A stretch of 64,000 nt of DNA. Source: Nitrososphaeraceae archaeon. Its GTDB lineage: Archaea > Thermoproteota > Nitrososphaeria > Nitrososphaerales > Nitrososphaeraceae. Positions 30,783 to 40,962 of the stretch are shown here, one piece after another. Position numbers and translations under genes: made by a program. Within the stretch, counting starts at the first letter, position 1, and every line of letters begins with the position of its first letter. The DNA lies in NCBI GenBank assembly GCA_036769505.1, contig DAIPKY010000002.1, forward strand, positions 22,235 to 86,234. Direction: 5' to 3'. The notes beneath the pieces were generated by a model. The model did no database searches, was not told where the DNA came from, and saw only the letters and a program-made list of their open reading frames with translations.

Positions 30783-32450
30783 ATGTCAAATACCATTGAA
30801 AAGACTTTAAAATGGAAAACATTGGAGCACAATGGAGTAGCTTTTCCTCCTGATCATATTTTAAAAGGATTAAGCATTAAGATAAAGAATGAAAGAATAG
30901 CTCTAAATCATGAACAAGAAGAAATAGTCTATGCTTGGGCAAAAAAGAAAGATACTCATTATATTAAAGATGCTATTTTTCAAAATAATTTCTTAAAGGA
31001 TTTTAAAAAAATATTACCGAATAGGTTCCAAAATACAAATAACATAGATGAAATTGATTTTTCAGAAGCATTTACACTAGTAGATGATGAACTTAAACTC
31101 AAAATAAGAGAAAAAGATAAAATACAAAATTTAAGTAGAGAAGATAAAAAGAAGTTGATAGATAAAAAAAAACAAGAAAGAGAAAGACTAAAGAACTTTT
31201 ATGGAAGAGCATATGTTGATGGGTTAGAAGTTGAAGTTGCCAATTGGTTAGTTGAGCCACCAGGTTTATTCATGGGTCGAGGATTACATCCCCTCAGAGG
31301 AAGATGGAAACCAAGAGTAACACCTCAAGATGTTGTGTTGAATTTAGGGGAAGATGCACCAGTTCCTGAAGGCGCATGGAAAAATATTGTTCATGATCAT
31401 TCATCAACTTGGCTAGCTACATGGACTGAAAAATTAACTGATAAAAGAAAATATGTATGGTTACATGATTCAGCATTTCTCAGACAAAATATTGATAAAG
31501 AAAAATATGACAAAGCGAAAAATCTTGAAAAATATGCCTTTAAAATTCAAAAAGAAATTATAAATAAAATGATTAATTCTAGGGATTTAAATCAGCGCAA
31601 AATAGCAACTGTTTGTTATTTAATACTTAAATTAGCAATGAGGGTAGGGGATGAAAAAGATAAAGATGAAGCAGACACAGTTGGTGCGTCCACCTTGAGA
31701 ATTGAACACATCAAATTTCCTGAAAGAGATAATAAGAAATTCATTGAACTGAATTTTCTTGGAAAAGATAGTGTCCCATGGCAAAAAACAGTAGAAATAA
31801 ATTCTGAAGACACAAAAGCGTTATATCAGAATATCCAATTATTTACTAAAGATAAAGAACACAATAGTGAAATATTTGATAATATAAATTCCTCAAAGGT
31901 TAATGCATTTTTAAGAAAAATAGATCCTAAAAATGTTCCAGGCCTAACGGCAAAGGTATTTAGGACCTATCTTGCAACGAAAATAGTGAAAGAATCATTA
32001 AAAAATCCACCTCTTGATGTTAATAAAAAATCTTCAGAGCCTATAAAAATTTATGTAGCCAAAATTGCAAATTTAAAAGCAGCGATTGCTTGTAACCATA
32101 AAAAAGGAATTGACCCCAATAACCCTGCTAGTAAAAAAGCATTAGAAAAATTTACAGAATCAGTAACAAAAAAGGAAGAGGCTATTGAAAAAATAAGAAA
32201 CGATATATTGTCTAATAAATGGAAAACAGAAAAACAGAAAGAAAAACTAATATCCAGAATGGAGAAACTTCAGTACCAATTAAAACTACAAAAAGAAACC
32301 CGAGATTATAATTTAGGTACGTCTTTAAGAAATTATATTGATCCAAGAATCATGAAAATCTGGTTAGATGGTGTAGAATTAGATTGGAAAAAGGTATATA
32401 CTTCTACCTTACAGAGGAAATTTAAATGGATTGAATTATCAAAAAACTAA
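30783..32450 (+). CDS. DNA topoisomerase IB (eukaryote-like)
   Basis: LEHNG, EPPGLFMGRG.HP, MRVG, FLGKDS, AKVFRTY, CNH, GTSLRNYIDPR (catalytic Tyr). Confidence 0.95.
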   Translation: MSNTIEKTLKWKTLEHNGVAFPPDHILKGLSIKIKNERIALNHEQEEIVYAWAKKKDTHYIKDAIFQNNFLKDFKKILPNRFQNTNNIDEIDFSEAFTLVDDELKLKIREKDKIQNLSREDKKKLIDKKKQERERLKNFYGRAYVDGLEVEVANWLVEPPGLFMGRGLHPLRGRWKPRVTPQDVVLNLGEDAPVPEGAWKNIVHDHSSTWLATWTEKLTDKRKYVWLHDSAFLRQNIDKEKYDKAKNLEKYAFKIQKEIINKMINSRDLNQRKIATVCYLILKLAMRVGDEKDKDEADTVGASTLRIEHIKFPERDNKKFIELNFLGKDSVPWQKTVEINSEDTKALYQNIQLFTKDKEHNSEIFDNINSSKVNAFLRKIDPKNVPGLTAKVFRTYLATKIVKESLKNPPLDVNKKSSEPIKIYVAKIANLKAAIACNHKKGIDPNNPASKKALEKFTESVTKKEEAIEKIRNDILSNKWKTEKQKEKLISRMEKLQYQLKLQKETRDYNLGTSLRNYIDPRIMKIWLDGVELDWKKVYTSTLQRKFKWIELSKN

Positions 32451-32618
32451 TCAATTTCTTATTAAAATTCAAATACTCAATTGTGTTTTAAAATAAAAAT
32501 ATCCAAAGTTGTTATGAAATTATTATCTCTTATAATATCAAACTATTTATGAGAAATTTGAATATTAATAGAATATATATCACATTTGGAATAACAGGAA
32601 TGAAACGCTGCTGAGCTT

Positions 32619-32693
32619 GCCGGAGTGGCTCAGCTTGGTTAGAGCGTTCGACTCATAATCGAAAGGTCGCGGGCTCGAATCCCGCCTCCGGCA
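32619..32693 (+). tRNA. tRNA-Met(CAT), elongator type, no intron
   Basis: GCCGGAG/CTCCGGC acceptor, TTCGA-CTCATAA-TCGAA anticodon arm, T arm GCGGG-CTCGAAT-CCCGC. Confidence 0.92.
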
Positions 32694-32968
32694 TTAAGTC
32701 CTCTCTCAATTTCATTTTCTCGAAGAAAATATAAAGAAAATTATAGAAACAACAAAGATGCAAATTTAAAAATTTGAAAGCAAAACATACTGTAATAACT
32801 ACTATCACAAATTCTTAAATTACCCCTTGGTAAATGAGATGGTTACAATATAAAAAAGATTAGATTGTCCATTTGTATATTTAGATATCACATTGCAAAT
32901 CAGGAATAAAAAAGAAATCGAGAGGTCATATTATTTATATAACTATACTAGTAGATATCGAAAATGCG

Positions 32969-33646
32969 ATGGCTGAAATGATAAGACCACAAAGTAAAAC
33001 ATTTGTATTATTAATCTTCGTATTCATAACTTTGTCATTTTTAGTTACTTTTAAAGCGACAAATTACATTGATAATTTGATATCTAATCTTTTTTTTCAA
33101 TTGGGAGGAGATCCTAGTTTAGATATGTTTATGATTATTGTTTCTTCAACGGGTGACTTATTTACTATGGTGATTGTTGGAATGATTTTAACTATAATAA
33201 GGAGAACAAGAAAAATTGGACTCATTTTCCTAATATCAATTGTAGTACTATCTATATCAATAATTTATCTGAAACCGTTAATAAATCGAACAGCTCCTCT
33301 TGAACAATATATTCCACAATATCATATTCCTGATAAATACACTATTGAAAATGATAGCATGACACCCTTTTCAAGAGATTTATCCTTTCCATCTAATCAT
33401 GTTGCACGTGATACTGCTTTCATAATAATCATTGGATATTGGTTTAGGCTTTTTAAAAACAAAACATGGTTTGGAACTTTATTATGGATTTTTCCTGCCT
33501 TTATAGGACTCAGTCGGCTATATCTTCTTCAAAATTATTTTACTGACATATTGGGAGGAGCATTATATGGTATAATAATCGCAATAATCCTAGTGAATTT
33601 ACTAAAATTAAATGAACCATTTCTCTCAAATAAATTTAACAAATAG
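32969..33646 (+). CDS. PAP2-family membrane protein (catalytic motifs altered)
   Basis: K...R..P, SFPSNH, SRLYLLQNYFTD, several TM helices. Confidence 0.8.
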   Translation: MAEMIRPQSKTFVLLIFVFITLSFLVTFKATNYIDNLISNLFFQLGGDPSLDMFMIIVSSTGDLFTMVIVGMILTIIRRTRKIGLIFLISIVVLSISIIYLKPLINRTAPLEQYIPQYHIPDKYTIENDSMTPFSRDLSFPSNHVARDTAFIIIIGYWFRLFKNKTWFGTLLWIFPAFIGLSRLYLLQNYFTDILGGALYGIIIAIILVNLLKLNEPFLSNKFNK

Positions 33647-33668
33647 TCTTAGTCATATGCTGTATTGT

Positions 33669-33983
33669 TCAATCACGGGTTGTTATAATCCATCCAAAGT
33701 GTTTTGTATCATGAATATATTTTATTTCCTTCATCTTAATTTTGAATTTACGTTTTCTTAATTGAGAAGTAAATTCTAATTGAAGACTAAGACCAATTTT
33801 TTTAGCTAATTTATTATTATCATTCTTTCGAGGTAAAAGAATTCTATAACTAAAATCATTTGTCGATGCAAGGCTAATATAATCAAGGATCATGCTGTCA
33901 CAAACAGATCTGACTTGTTCTAATTTTTCTAAATAAAGAGTTTTATGTACTGGTAAATCTCTCCAGAAAGAAGGACTTGACAT
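33669..33983 (-). CDS. hypothetical protein
   Basis: 104-aa ORF with ATG, co-directional with sufS/sufU. Confidence 0.6.
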   Translation of the reverse strand: MSSPSFWRDLPVHKTLYLEKLEQVRSVCDSMILDYISLASTNDFSYRILLPRKNDNNKLAKKIGLSLQLEFTSQLRKRKFKIKMKEIKYIHDTKHFGWIITTRD

Positions 33984-34034
33984 ATCTGTTTACTATAGTT
34001 TCCAAATTGCCGTATTATTTAGAATAAAATAAAA

Positions 34035-34463
34035 TCAGAAAAGGTGTGAATCTTTTTCCATTTTTTCAGCTGTATTTGGTTCTTTGTCAGAATAATATTT
34101 TACCATACCCATCTTTAATACTTTAAGAGATAATAATGCACATTTTATTCTTGCAGGGCCTAAATTTGTCAATCCTATATTTTCTAATACTTCATCTTTA
34201 GATATATCTTTAGCATTAGTTAATGGTTTATCCATAACCATCTCTGTTAGCATAGATGCACTAGCTTGGCTAATTGCACAACCTTTTCCATCAAATTTAA
34301 TATCTTTGATTTGTCCCTCTACTACTTTGAGATAAATATCGATTTGGTCACCACATAAAGGATTGCTATCATGAATGACAACGTCTGCATTATCGATCTT
34401 TCCCTTATTTCTAGGATTTCTATAATGATCTAGAATAATTTCTCTATAAATATCATCACTCAA
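34035..34463 (-). CDS. Fe-S scaffold / sulfur acceptor, IscU/SufU-like
   Basis: YREIILDHY, NPLCGD, GCAISQAS, RIKCALL. Confidence 0.9.
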   Translation of the reverse strand: MSDDIYREIILDHYRNPRNKGKIDNADVVIHDSNPLCGDQIDIYLKVVEGQIKDIKFDGKGCAISQASASMLTEMVMDKPLTNAKDISKDEVLENIGLTNLGPARIKCALLSLKVLKMGMVKYYSDKEPNTAEKMEKDSHLF

Positions 34464-35704
34464 AGTTGAAACAGTTTAATAGCTTCGCCTAACGCACTAA
34501 TAAAGATATTGATCTCGTCTTTTGTATTATAGATATAGAAACTAACTCTAGATGTAGCAGAAACATCAAGCTTTTCCATTAACACTTGAGCACAGTGGTG
34601 CCCAGAACGAATCGCAATAGAGTGCTCATTTAAAATAGTTGCTAAATCATGTGGATGAATATCGCCCAAATTAAAGGAAATAATTCCACCTCGATTTACT
34701 AAGTTAGTATCTCCATATACTTTTATTTGTTTAAGCTCTGACATTTTTTCAAGTGCATATTTTGTTAATTCAATTTCATGGTTTCGTATATTGTCCATCC
34801 CAATTTCATTTAGATAATCCAAAGCAGAACTGAAACCAATAACATCAGCGATATTTGGAGTCCCAGCTTCAAACTTATAAGGTAAATCGTTAAAGAATGT
34901 ATTTTCCTTGTGAACTTCTTTAATCATATCTCCACCACAAATAAAGGGATCCATTTCTTGTAGCAAATTTTTTTTCCCATACAAGATTCCGACTCCTGTT
35001 GGCCCTAACATTTTATGAGCAGAAAAAGCTAGAAAGTCACAATCAAGCGCAGTAACATCTGTTGTTAAATGAGGAACAGACTGGGCACCATCAACTAATA
35101 CTGGTATAGAATAGGTATGTGCCATATCTATAATTTTGTCTATTGGTATAATATTACCTAGAGCATTAGACATATGACATAAAGAAATTAGTTTTATATT
35201 CTTATTATCATCAAGGTAAGCTTCTAATTCGTTTAAATTTAAATTTCCCGTTTCACCAATTTTTAAATATTTTATTTCTGCATTTTTTTCTTTAGCTAAT
35301 ATTTGCCAAGGAACTATATTGCTATGATGTTCTTGCTCAGATAATATTATTACATCTCCTTTTTTAATATTTTTTCTACCCCAAGAATAAGATACTAAAT
35401 TAATTGCTTCAGTAGCATTACGAGTAAAAATAATTTCCTGAGGAGAGTTGGCATTAATAAATTTGCAAACTTTTTGTCTTGTTAGTTCATAAGCATTAGT
35501 AGCCTCTTCTGCTATATCATAAACAGCTCTATGAATATTAGAATTATAATAGGAGTAATAATTTACAATTTTATTTATTACGGATGAAGGTTTTTGAGTA
35601 GTTGAGGCATTATCAAGATAAACGAATGGCTTACCATTAATCTTACGAGTTAAAATTGGAAAATCATTACGTATTTTATTTGTTTCCAATTCAGATAATT
35701 GCAT
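34460..35704 (-). CDS. sufS: cysteine desulfurase (group II)
   Basis: YLDNAST, EHHSN, DGAQ, SAHKMLGPTG, RSGHHCA; start at ATG 35704 inferred. Confidence 0.93.
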   Translation of the reverse strand: MQLSELETNKIRNDFPILTRKINGKPFVYLDNASTTQKPSSVINKIVNYYSYYNSNIHRAVYDIAEEATNAYELTRQKVCKFINANSPQEIIFTRNATEAINLVSYSWGRKNIKKGDVIILSEQEHHSNIVPWQILAKEKNAEIKYLKIGETGNLNLNELEAYLDDNKNIKLISLCHMSNALGNIIPIDKIIDMAHTYSIPVLVDGAQSVPHLTTDVTALDCDFLAFSAHKMLGPTGVGILYGKKNLLQEMDPFICGGDMIKEVHKENTFFNDLPYKFEAGTPNIADVIGFSSALDYLNEIGMDNIRNHEIELTKYALEKMSELKQIKVYGDTNLVNRGGIISFNLGDIHPHDLATILNEHSIAIRSGHHCAQVLMEKLDVSATSRVSFYIYNTKDEINIFISALGEAIKLFQL

Positions 35705-35794
35705 AATAATTATTATTAAATTAGTCAATATAAATGGATTGAAGAAAATGAACGTTTGTCAGATTTAGTAGGAAATATAATTTCTCATATATTA

Positions 35795-36238
35795 TTACCT
35801 CCTCTTCTTTGTCCAATAAGTTCCTCCTTCTTTTTTCCATCTCAAAAAATCCTGTATAAGAAGTTTATGATCAAATGCAATTTCTAATTCACTAATTTTG
35901 TATGTTGGAATCCATGAAATTTCCTGTGCATCATCACCTGGGGTAGGATTTCCTTTGACAACTAATACAATAAACACAACAGTCAACATGTGTCCTCGTG
36001 GATCTCTTTTAGGATCGGAATACACTCCCAAAATGTCTATAGGATAAACCTCTAATGAAGTCTCTTCATAAACCTCTCTTATAATAGCTTCTTCTATGGT
36101 CTCTCCTTCATTTACAAAACCTCCTGGTAATGCAAAACAATTTTTATAGGGATCTTTCTTACGTTTGACTAATAATATCGAAGAATATCTGTGAATAATA
36201 GCATCAACAGTAGGAATAGGATTTTTATAAATTTTCAA
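35795..36238 (-). CDS. NUDIX hydrolase (ADP-ribose pyrophosphatase-like)
   Basis: LPGGFV...REVYEET, RDPRGH, GDDA, AFDH. Confidence 0.88.
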   Translation of the reverse strand: MKIYKNPIPTVDAIIHRYSSILLVKRKKDPYKNCFALPGGFVNEGETIEEAIIREVYEETSLEVYPIDILGVYSDPKRDPRGHMLTVVFIVLVVKGNPTPGDDAQEISWIPTYKISELEIAFDHKLLIQDFLRWKKEGGTYWTKKRR

Positions 36239-36307
36239 ATGGTTCTCTCAATGCCAATTGAAAAAACAATTGAAAATAATATATATGTTTAATCAACTTA
36301 TTTAAAT

Positions 36308-36550
36308 ATGCAGTTGTTATGGAGAGAGCCATGGTTGAAACCATTAATAGACTATGATCTTGATTCTGAAAGTTGTGGATTTTGTAAAGGAAAATTTAAT
36401 GGTTTATCCTTCGTAACATCATGCGAATTTTGTGAAATTGGTATTATGCATGATAAATGTGCTAATTCACATATATTAAAAAGCCATATGTCTGAACTAG
36501 ACACAAAAATCGGTCGACATAAAGATAAGCCATTACATGATTTTCAATAA
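36308..36550 (+). CDS. small zinc-finger protein
   Basis: CGFC, CEFC, H..C...H...H. Confidence 0.7.
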   Translation: MQLLWREPWLKPLIDYDLDSESCGFCKGKFNGLSFVTSCEFCEIGIMHDKCANSHILKSHMSELDTKIGRHKDKPLHDFQ

Positions 36551-36670
36551 ATATTAACCCTCTCTAATTTTACATTTTATGACATTTTTAGAATATCAAT
36601 CTCTAAAAAATTAATTTATAATACAATTACTTTTATTGTACAAGAGAGAAACAAAAATAATATTTTTCAT

Positions 36671-37474
36671 CTACTTTGAATTTTCTTTTCTTAAAATGTG
36701 TTCTAGTTGAGGTGTAGATAATATTAATTTTTTAGTATATTCATTTTTTGGAGCAAATATAATTTCTTTAGTTAAATTGAATTCCACAATTTTGCCGGCA
36801 TACATAATTCCTATTTTGTCTACTAACTCTGAAATTAAAGCAAGATCATGAGAAATTAAAATTATACTGATTCCCTTTTCTTTGAGCTTTTTCAATACCT
36901 TAATTATTTGTGCCTGAATCAGGACATCTAAAGCTGTAGTCGGTTCATCAGCAATGATAATATCAGGTTCTAGCAATAAAGCTATAACTATAATAACTCG
37001 TTGTTTCATACCACCACTTAATTCATGCGGATAATTGTTAAGTACAGATTTTTCTAATCCAACATTCTCTAGCAATTTTATTACTTTTTCATTATCATAA
37101 GATTGACCATGTGATTCAAATATATCTTTTATTTGAGTTTTTATTGTATACACAGGATCTAATGAATTTAAAGCTCCTTGAAAAATAAGCGAAATTTTTT
37201 TCCACCTGATCCTTGAATTAAAGTCTTTATCTGATAACTTTGTTATTTCTTCTCCGTCTAGAAAAATACTTCCTGCTGTAATTTTCCCAGGAGATGTTAT
37301 ATTTCTCATTACTGCAGAAACCAATGTGCTTTTACCACATCCCGATTCTCCAGCAATGCCAAGTGATTCACCTTCTTTTAATTCTATAAAAACATTATCA
37401 ACTGCATTGATACTTTTATTATGTATATAGTAAGAGACACTTAAACCATTTATAAGTAACTTATTTTTTAACAA
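36671..37474 (-). CDS. peptide/nickel-type ABC transporter ATP-binding subunit
   Basis: GESGCGKST, YPHELSGGMKQR, DEPTTALD, SHDL. Confidence 0.9.
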   Translation of the reverse strand: MLKNKLLINGLSVSYYIHNKSINAVDNVFIELKEGESLGIAGESGCGKSTLVSAVMRNITSPGKITAGSIFLDGEEITKLSDKDFNSRIRWKKISLIFQGALNSLDPVYTIKTQIKDIFESHGQSYDNEKVIKLLENVGLEKSVLNNYPHELSGGMKQRVIIVIALLLEPDIIIADEPTTALDVLIQAQIIKVLKKLKEKGISIILISHDLALISELVDKIGIMYAGKIVEFNLTKEIIFAPKNEYTKKLILSTPQLEHILRKENSK

Positions 37475-37583
37475 ATCTTACTAACAAATAACCTGAATAA
37501 ATATATTTGGAATTCTCAAATTCTTATCGGGTTTTGGCTCTCTAGATATATATAGAGCAAATAGAATTAATGATTGAGAATTA

Positions 37584-38090
37584 TTGAAAACTCCTATTTG
37601 TTCATTCGATGCTAAAACAGGAATTTTATGTTCAAAATGTGAATCTAAATTCAAAAATGGTCATCTTTCAGTCGGAGATATTGAGGCATCTATGAAATTA
37701 ACTGAATTAGCAGATAAAAAAAGTATAATTGATAAATTTACATTAGTTGGAGCTTACAAAATTGCTGAAGAATTGATATTGATATTTCCCACATCAGATA
37801 TTAGTATATTACGTTCGAATATGGAATTATTAAATTATATAAAAAAAGGATTTAACAATGGTGTATGGTTCATTGAAAGCGGTGCCACAGAGAGACGATT
37901 TATTGAAAATTTAATCTTTCCTGTAAAGATTGTTTCAATTAATTTAGTCTGGCTGCCAGATGGAAACAAACTTACAAAAATAATAATATCAAAAAAGAAA
38001 AATGAAAATATGAATATAGACACCGAACTTGTTACGAAAATTGCAAAAGAAATTAGAAATATTGAATTACTTGTAGAATATATAGATTAA
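37584..38090 (+). CDS. archaeal NusA-like protein with N-terminal Zn ribbon
   Basis: PICSFDAKTGILCSKC, VWLPDG, KH-like body. Confidence 0.7.
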   Translation: MKTPICSFDAKTGILCSKCESKFKNGHLSVGDIEASMKLTELADKKSIIDKFTLVGAYKIAEELILIFPTSDISILRSNMELLNYIKKGFNNGVWFIESGATERRFIENLIFPVKIVSINLVWLPDGNKLTKIIISKKKNENMNIDTELVTKIAKEIRNIELLVEYID

Positions 38091-38152
38091 CACTATAAGA
38101 TTATGGAAAAAATTGAAATAAACCATGAAATAAATTCAATTGAAAGAAAAAA

Positions 38153-39433
38153 TTGAAGAGAACCCATTTTGCTAAAGAATTAAACGAAGATCTACTAGGA
38201 CATGAAGTAAATGTCGGTGGTTGGATAGAAGATATTCGTGACATTGGGAAAATAATATTTTTATTAATTAAAGATATAACAGGACCAATTCAAGTAATAG
38301 TCGATCCCACAGAGTTTCCACAAATAAGAGATATACAGAGACAAAGCTCTATCATACTCTCCGGTAAGTTACAAAAAAGCAAAGCAAAAGAAATGAAAGT
38401 AGAGTTAAAATTAGAAAAAATTGGAGACATATATCATTCTAACCATCCTCTTCCAATCGATCCCACTGGACGATTAGAATCAGCAATTGATAAAAGGTTG
38501 GATGCAAGAGCATTAGACTTGAGAAATGAAAACGTTTCAAAATTATTTGTTATTAGATCTATTGCTTTAGAAATTATAAGAAAAACTTTAGGGGAGATGT
38601 CTTTTCTTGAAGTCAATACACCGAAGATTATAGGAAGTGCCAGTGAAGGAGGTGCAAATTTATTTGAATTTGATTACTTTAAGAATAAAGCATATCTTGC
38701 TCAAAGTCCTCAGCTTTATAAAGAACAACTTGTATTGGCATTGGATCGTGTCTTTGAAATAGCGCCATATTTTAGAGCAGAGAAATCTAATACTGTAAGG
38801 CATTTAACAGAATTTTATAGTGTAGATATTGAAGCGGCTTTTTTAGACTATTATGATATAATGGAAATAATGGAACGGGTAATAAAAAAAGTTATAGAAG
38901 GAATAAAAGGTTCAGGTTTGATAGACTATACAAAAAATGAATTTGTAAAAAAGTCCAATGAAACCAAATTTGAGAGACTAACATATCTCTCCTGTATCGA
39001 AGAACTAAAAGAAAATGGTGAGGTTGTGGAATATGGAGATGATTTATCTGATTCCTCTTTACGGAAGCTAGGCCAATTACATCCTGGATTTTATTTTATA
39101 ACCGATTGGCCTTTAAAATTAAAACCCTTTTATATTCTTCAAAATGAAAATGATCCTTTTCTTTCGGACTCATTTGACTTACAAATTGGTTATTTAGAAT
39201 TAATATCTGGAGGCTCACGACAGCATGATCCTTCTAAAATTAGAAATAGATTATCAGAACAGGGTCTAAATCCATCTAAGTTCTCAGATCACTTAAAGGT
39301 GTTTGATTGGGGAATGCCTCCCCATGCTGGTTGTGGTTTAGGTCTTGATAGATTAATGATGTGTTTAACAGGGTCGATGAATGTAAGAGAAGTTGTATTA
39401 TATCCTAGAGATCCTTACAGAATTAATCCTTAA
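38153..39433 (+). CDS. aspS: aspartate--tRNA ligase (archaeal type, probably non-discriminating)
   Basis: RTHF, LAQSPQLYK, FRAE...RHLTEF, GMPPHAG.GLGLDR, YPRD. Confidence 0.95.
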   Translation: MKRTHFAKELNEDLLGHEVNVGGWIEDIRDIGKIIFLLIKDITGPIQVIVDPTEFPQIRDIQRQSSIILSGKLQKSKAKEMKVELKLEKIGDIYHSNHPLPIDPTGRLESAIDKRLDARALDLRNENVSKLFVIRSIALEIIRKTLGEMSFLEVNTPKIIGSASEGGANLFEFDYFKNKAYLAQSPQLYKEQLVLALDRVFEIAPYFRAEKSNTVRHLTEFYSVDIEAAFLDYYDIMEIMERVIKKVIEGIKGSGLIDYTKNEFVKKSNETKFERLTYLSCIEELKENGEVVEYGDDLSDSSLRKLGQLHPGFYFITDWPLKLKPFYILQNENDPFLSDSFDLQIGYLELISGGSRQHDPSKIRNRLSEQGLNPSKFSDHLKVFDWGMPPHAGCGLGLDRLMMCLTGSMNVREVVLYPRDPYRINP

Positions 39434-39836
39434 TTAAAAGTATATTAATTTCTGTGATTTCATTTTGCTTGTCACTTATAAATGCTTTAAAGGTATGCGA
39501 AGAAGTAGAGTAAATTATCCAAATAACAGGATTAATCAACATAAAGAGTTTATCCTTAGCGGAAGGAATGGGTTGAGAAGGATGTGAGTGAAATATGGCA
39601 AGAATATCCAAATTCATCAATACAGCTTTATTATATGCCTGATATAGATCGTCAGAATCGATATTAAATTCGATCGGTGAGTGAGAAGAATTGTTCATAG
39701 GTAAAATATTATTAACAATTGAATTGGTATTAGATTTTTTACCTAACAATATAGCACATGATTCATTAGGTAATGTTTTTATTGCTAATTTCTCTAGTGT
39801 GTTTAAATGGTTATGGTGGATTGATATATATTCCAT
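39423..39836 (-). CDS. JAMM/MPN+ metalloprotease (desampylase-like)
   Basis: PNESCAILLG, FHSHP, PSAKD; start at ATG 39836 inferred. Confidence 0.85.
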   Translation of the reverse strand: MEYISIHHNHLNTLEKLAIKTLPNESCAILLGKKSNTNSIVNNILPMNNSSHSPIEFNIDSDDLYQAYNKAVLMNLDILAIFHSHPSQPIPSAKDKLFMLINPVIWIIYSTSSHTFKAFISDKQNEITEINILLIKD

Positions 39837-40003
39837 ATACATAAAATAGAAGAAGGTATTGTTTATATCCCTAAACAATATAAGCACACAATAATATCCT
39901 TTGTTATGTAATAAATAATGAAATAATAATTTATCATACATCTAGTTTTGATCGAGTAGAATTGAAAAAAATTATTAATAGTTAGTAATAATGAATAAAA
40001 TTA

Positions 40004-40813
40004 TTATTCTAACTGAAATTTTGCCTTCATATATGGATGTATTGTACAGAAATAGTCATATTCTTTTTCTTTCAGATCAGAGAGTAAAAGGGTATAATTA
40101 GCATTTCCCATTATAATAGAAGAATCAAATGACTTACCATCATCTTTCAAACTAGTCACTGTATGAGGCACATTGTCCTGGTTTACCCAATTAATACCTA
40201 AATAATCTTTTTTGACTACTAATTGAGCAGGATCATAAGATGGATTGCCTTGGGCAGAAGATCCTGGAAGAATAGTAACTTTAGCTAATTTTGTTATATC
40301 GATATTTGTATCAGGTTTTTGATCGGGTATTTCTCCATTTTTTTCCTGTGAGTCAGCTTCTGGATTTTGGAGCTGCATACCTAGAGTAGAAAAAGAAATA
40401 ATACTTATTATAACTGCCACAACAAATGAGGCAAGATAAAGTTTCACTTTTGAACTATTTCTATAGATTCCAAGAATTACTGCAGCTGCTGGTACAGAAA
40501 TAAGTAGTAATATTGCAATGTAAACAAATATTGTTGGAGTTTGTCCACTTGAAAAGATAGCAGCAACTAACCCAATTATAATTAATACTCCTAATGTTAT
40601 AAATGATCCTAATTTAGCTTTACGAGAAGAGGGAAATCCGTCTTTAAAAATGCCTGGAGTCAAAAAAACCATACCTATCAAAAGCGTCAGCAGAGAAACT
40701 GCATGCATCCCATCAATGAATGTTTTTGCAATTCCAGAAAGAGAAACCAATACACCTACAATCCCTATAGAGGTCAGTCCTATGCCTGGCGTTAACAAGT
40801 CCCAGTCTGGCAT
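40004..40813 (-). CDS. multi-TM membrane protein with C-terminal type-1 copper cupredoxin domain
   Basis: About five hydrophobic helices, then WVNQD..PHTVT and YFCTIHPYM. Confidence 0.88.
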   Translation of the reverse strand: MPDWDLLTPGIGLTSIGIVGVLVSLSGIAKTFIDGMHAVSLLTLLIGMVFLTPGIFKDGFPSSRKAKLGSFITLGVLIIIGLVAAIFSSGQTPTIFVYIAILLLISVPAAAVILGIYRNSSKVKLYLASFVVAVIISIISFSTLGMQLQNPEADSQEKNGEIPDQKPDTNIDITKLAKVTILPGSSAQGNPSYDPAQLVVKKDYLGINWVNQDNVPHTVTSLKDDGKSFDSSIIMGNANYTLLLSDLKEKEYDYFCTIHPYMKAKFQLE

Positions 40814-40962
40814 GCTTTATGAGTTGAAGAATTTTGCTATAATTTTAACCTTTTCAACCCATGCTAATATAAAATATTTAGTGTAATATTATAAGGATTC
40901 ACACCTGGTTAACGAATAAAATAAATCCAAGATATGTAAATAAAATTTGGAGATCCAATGCA

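Noticed and set aside
39837..39941. N-terminal extension of the JAMM protein
   Set aside because: AT-rich, promoter-like sequence; the MPN domain begins at about 39836
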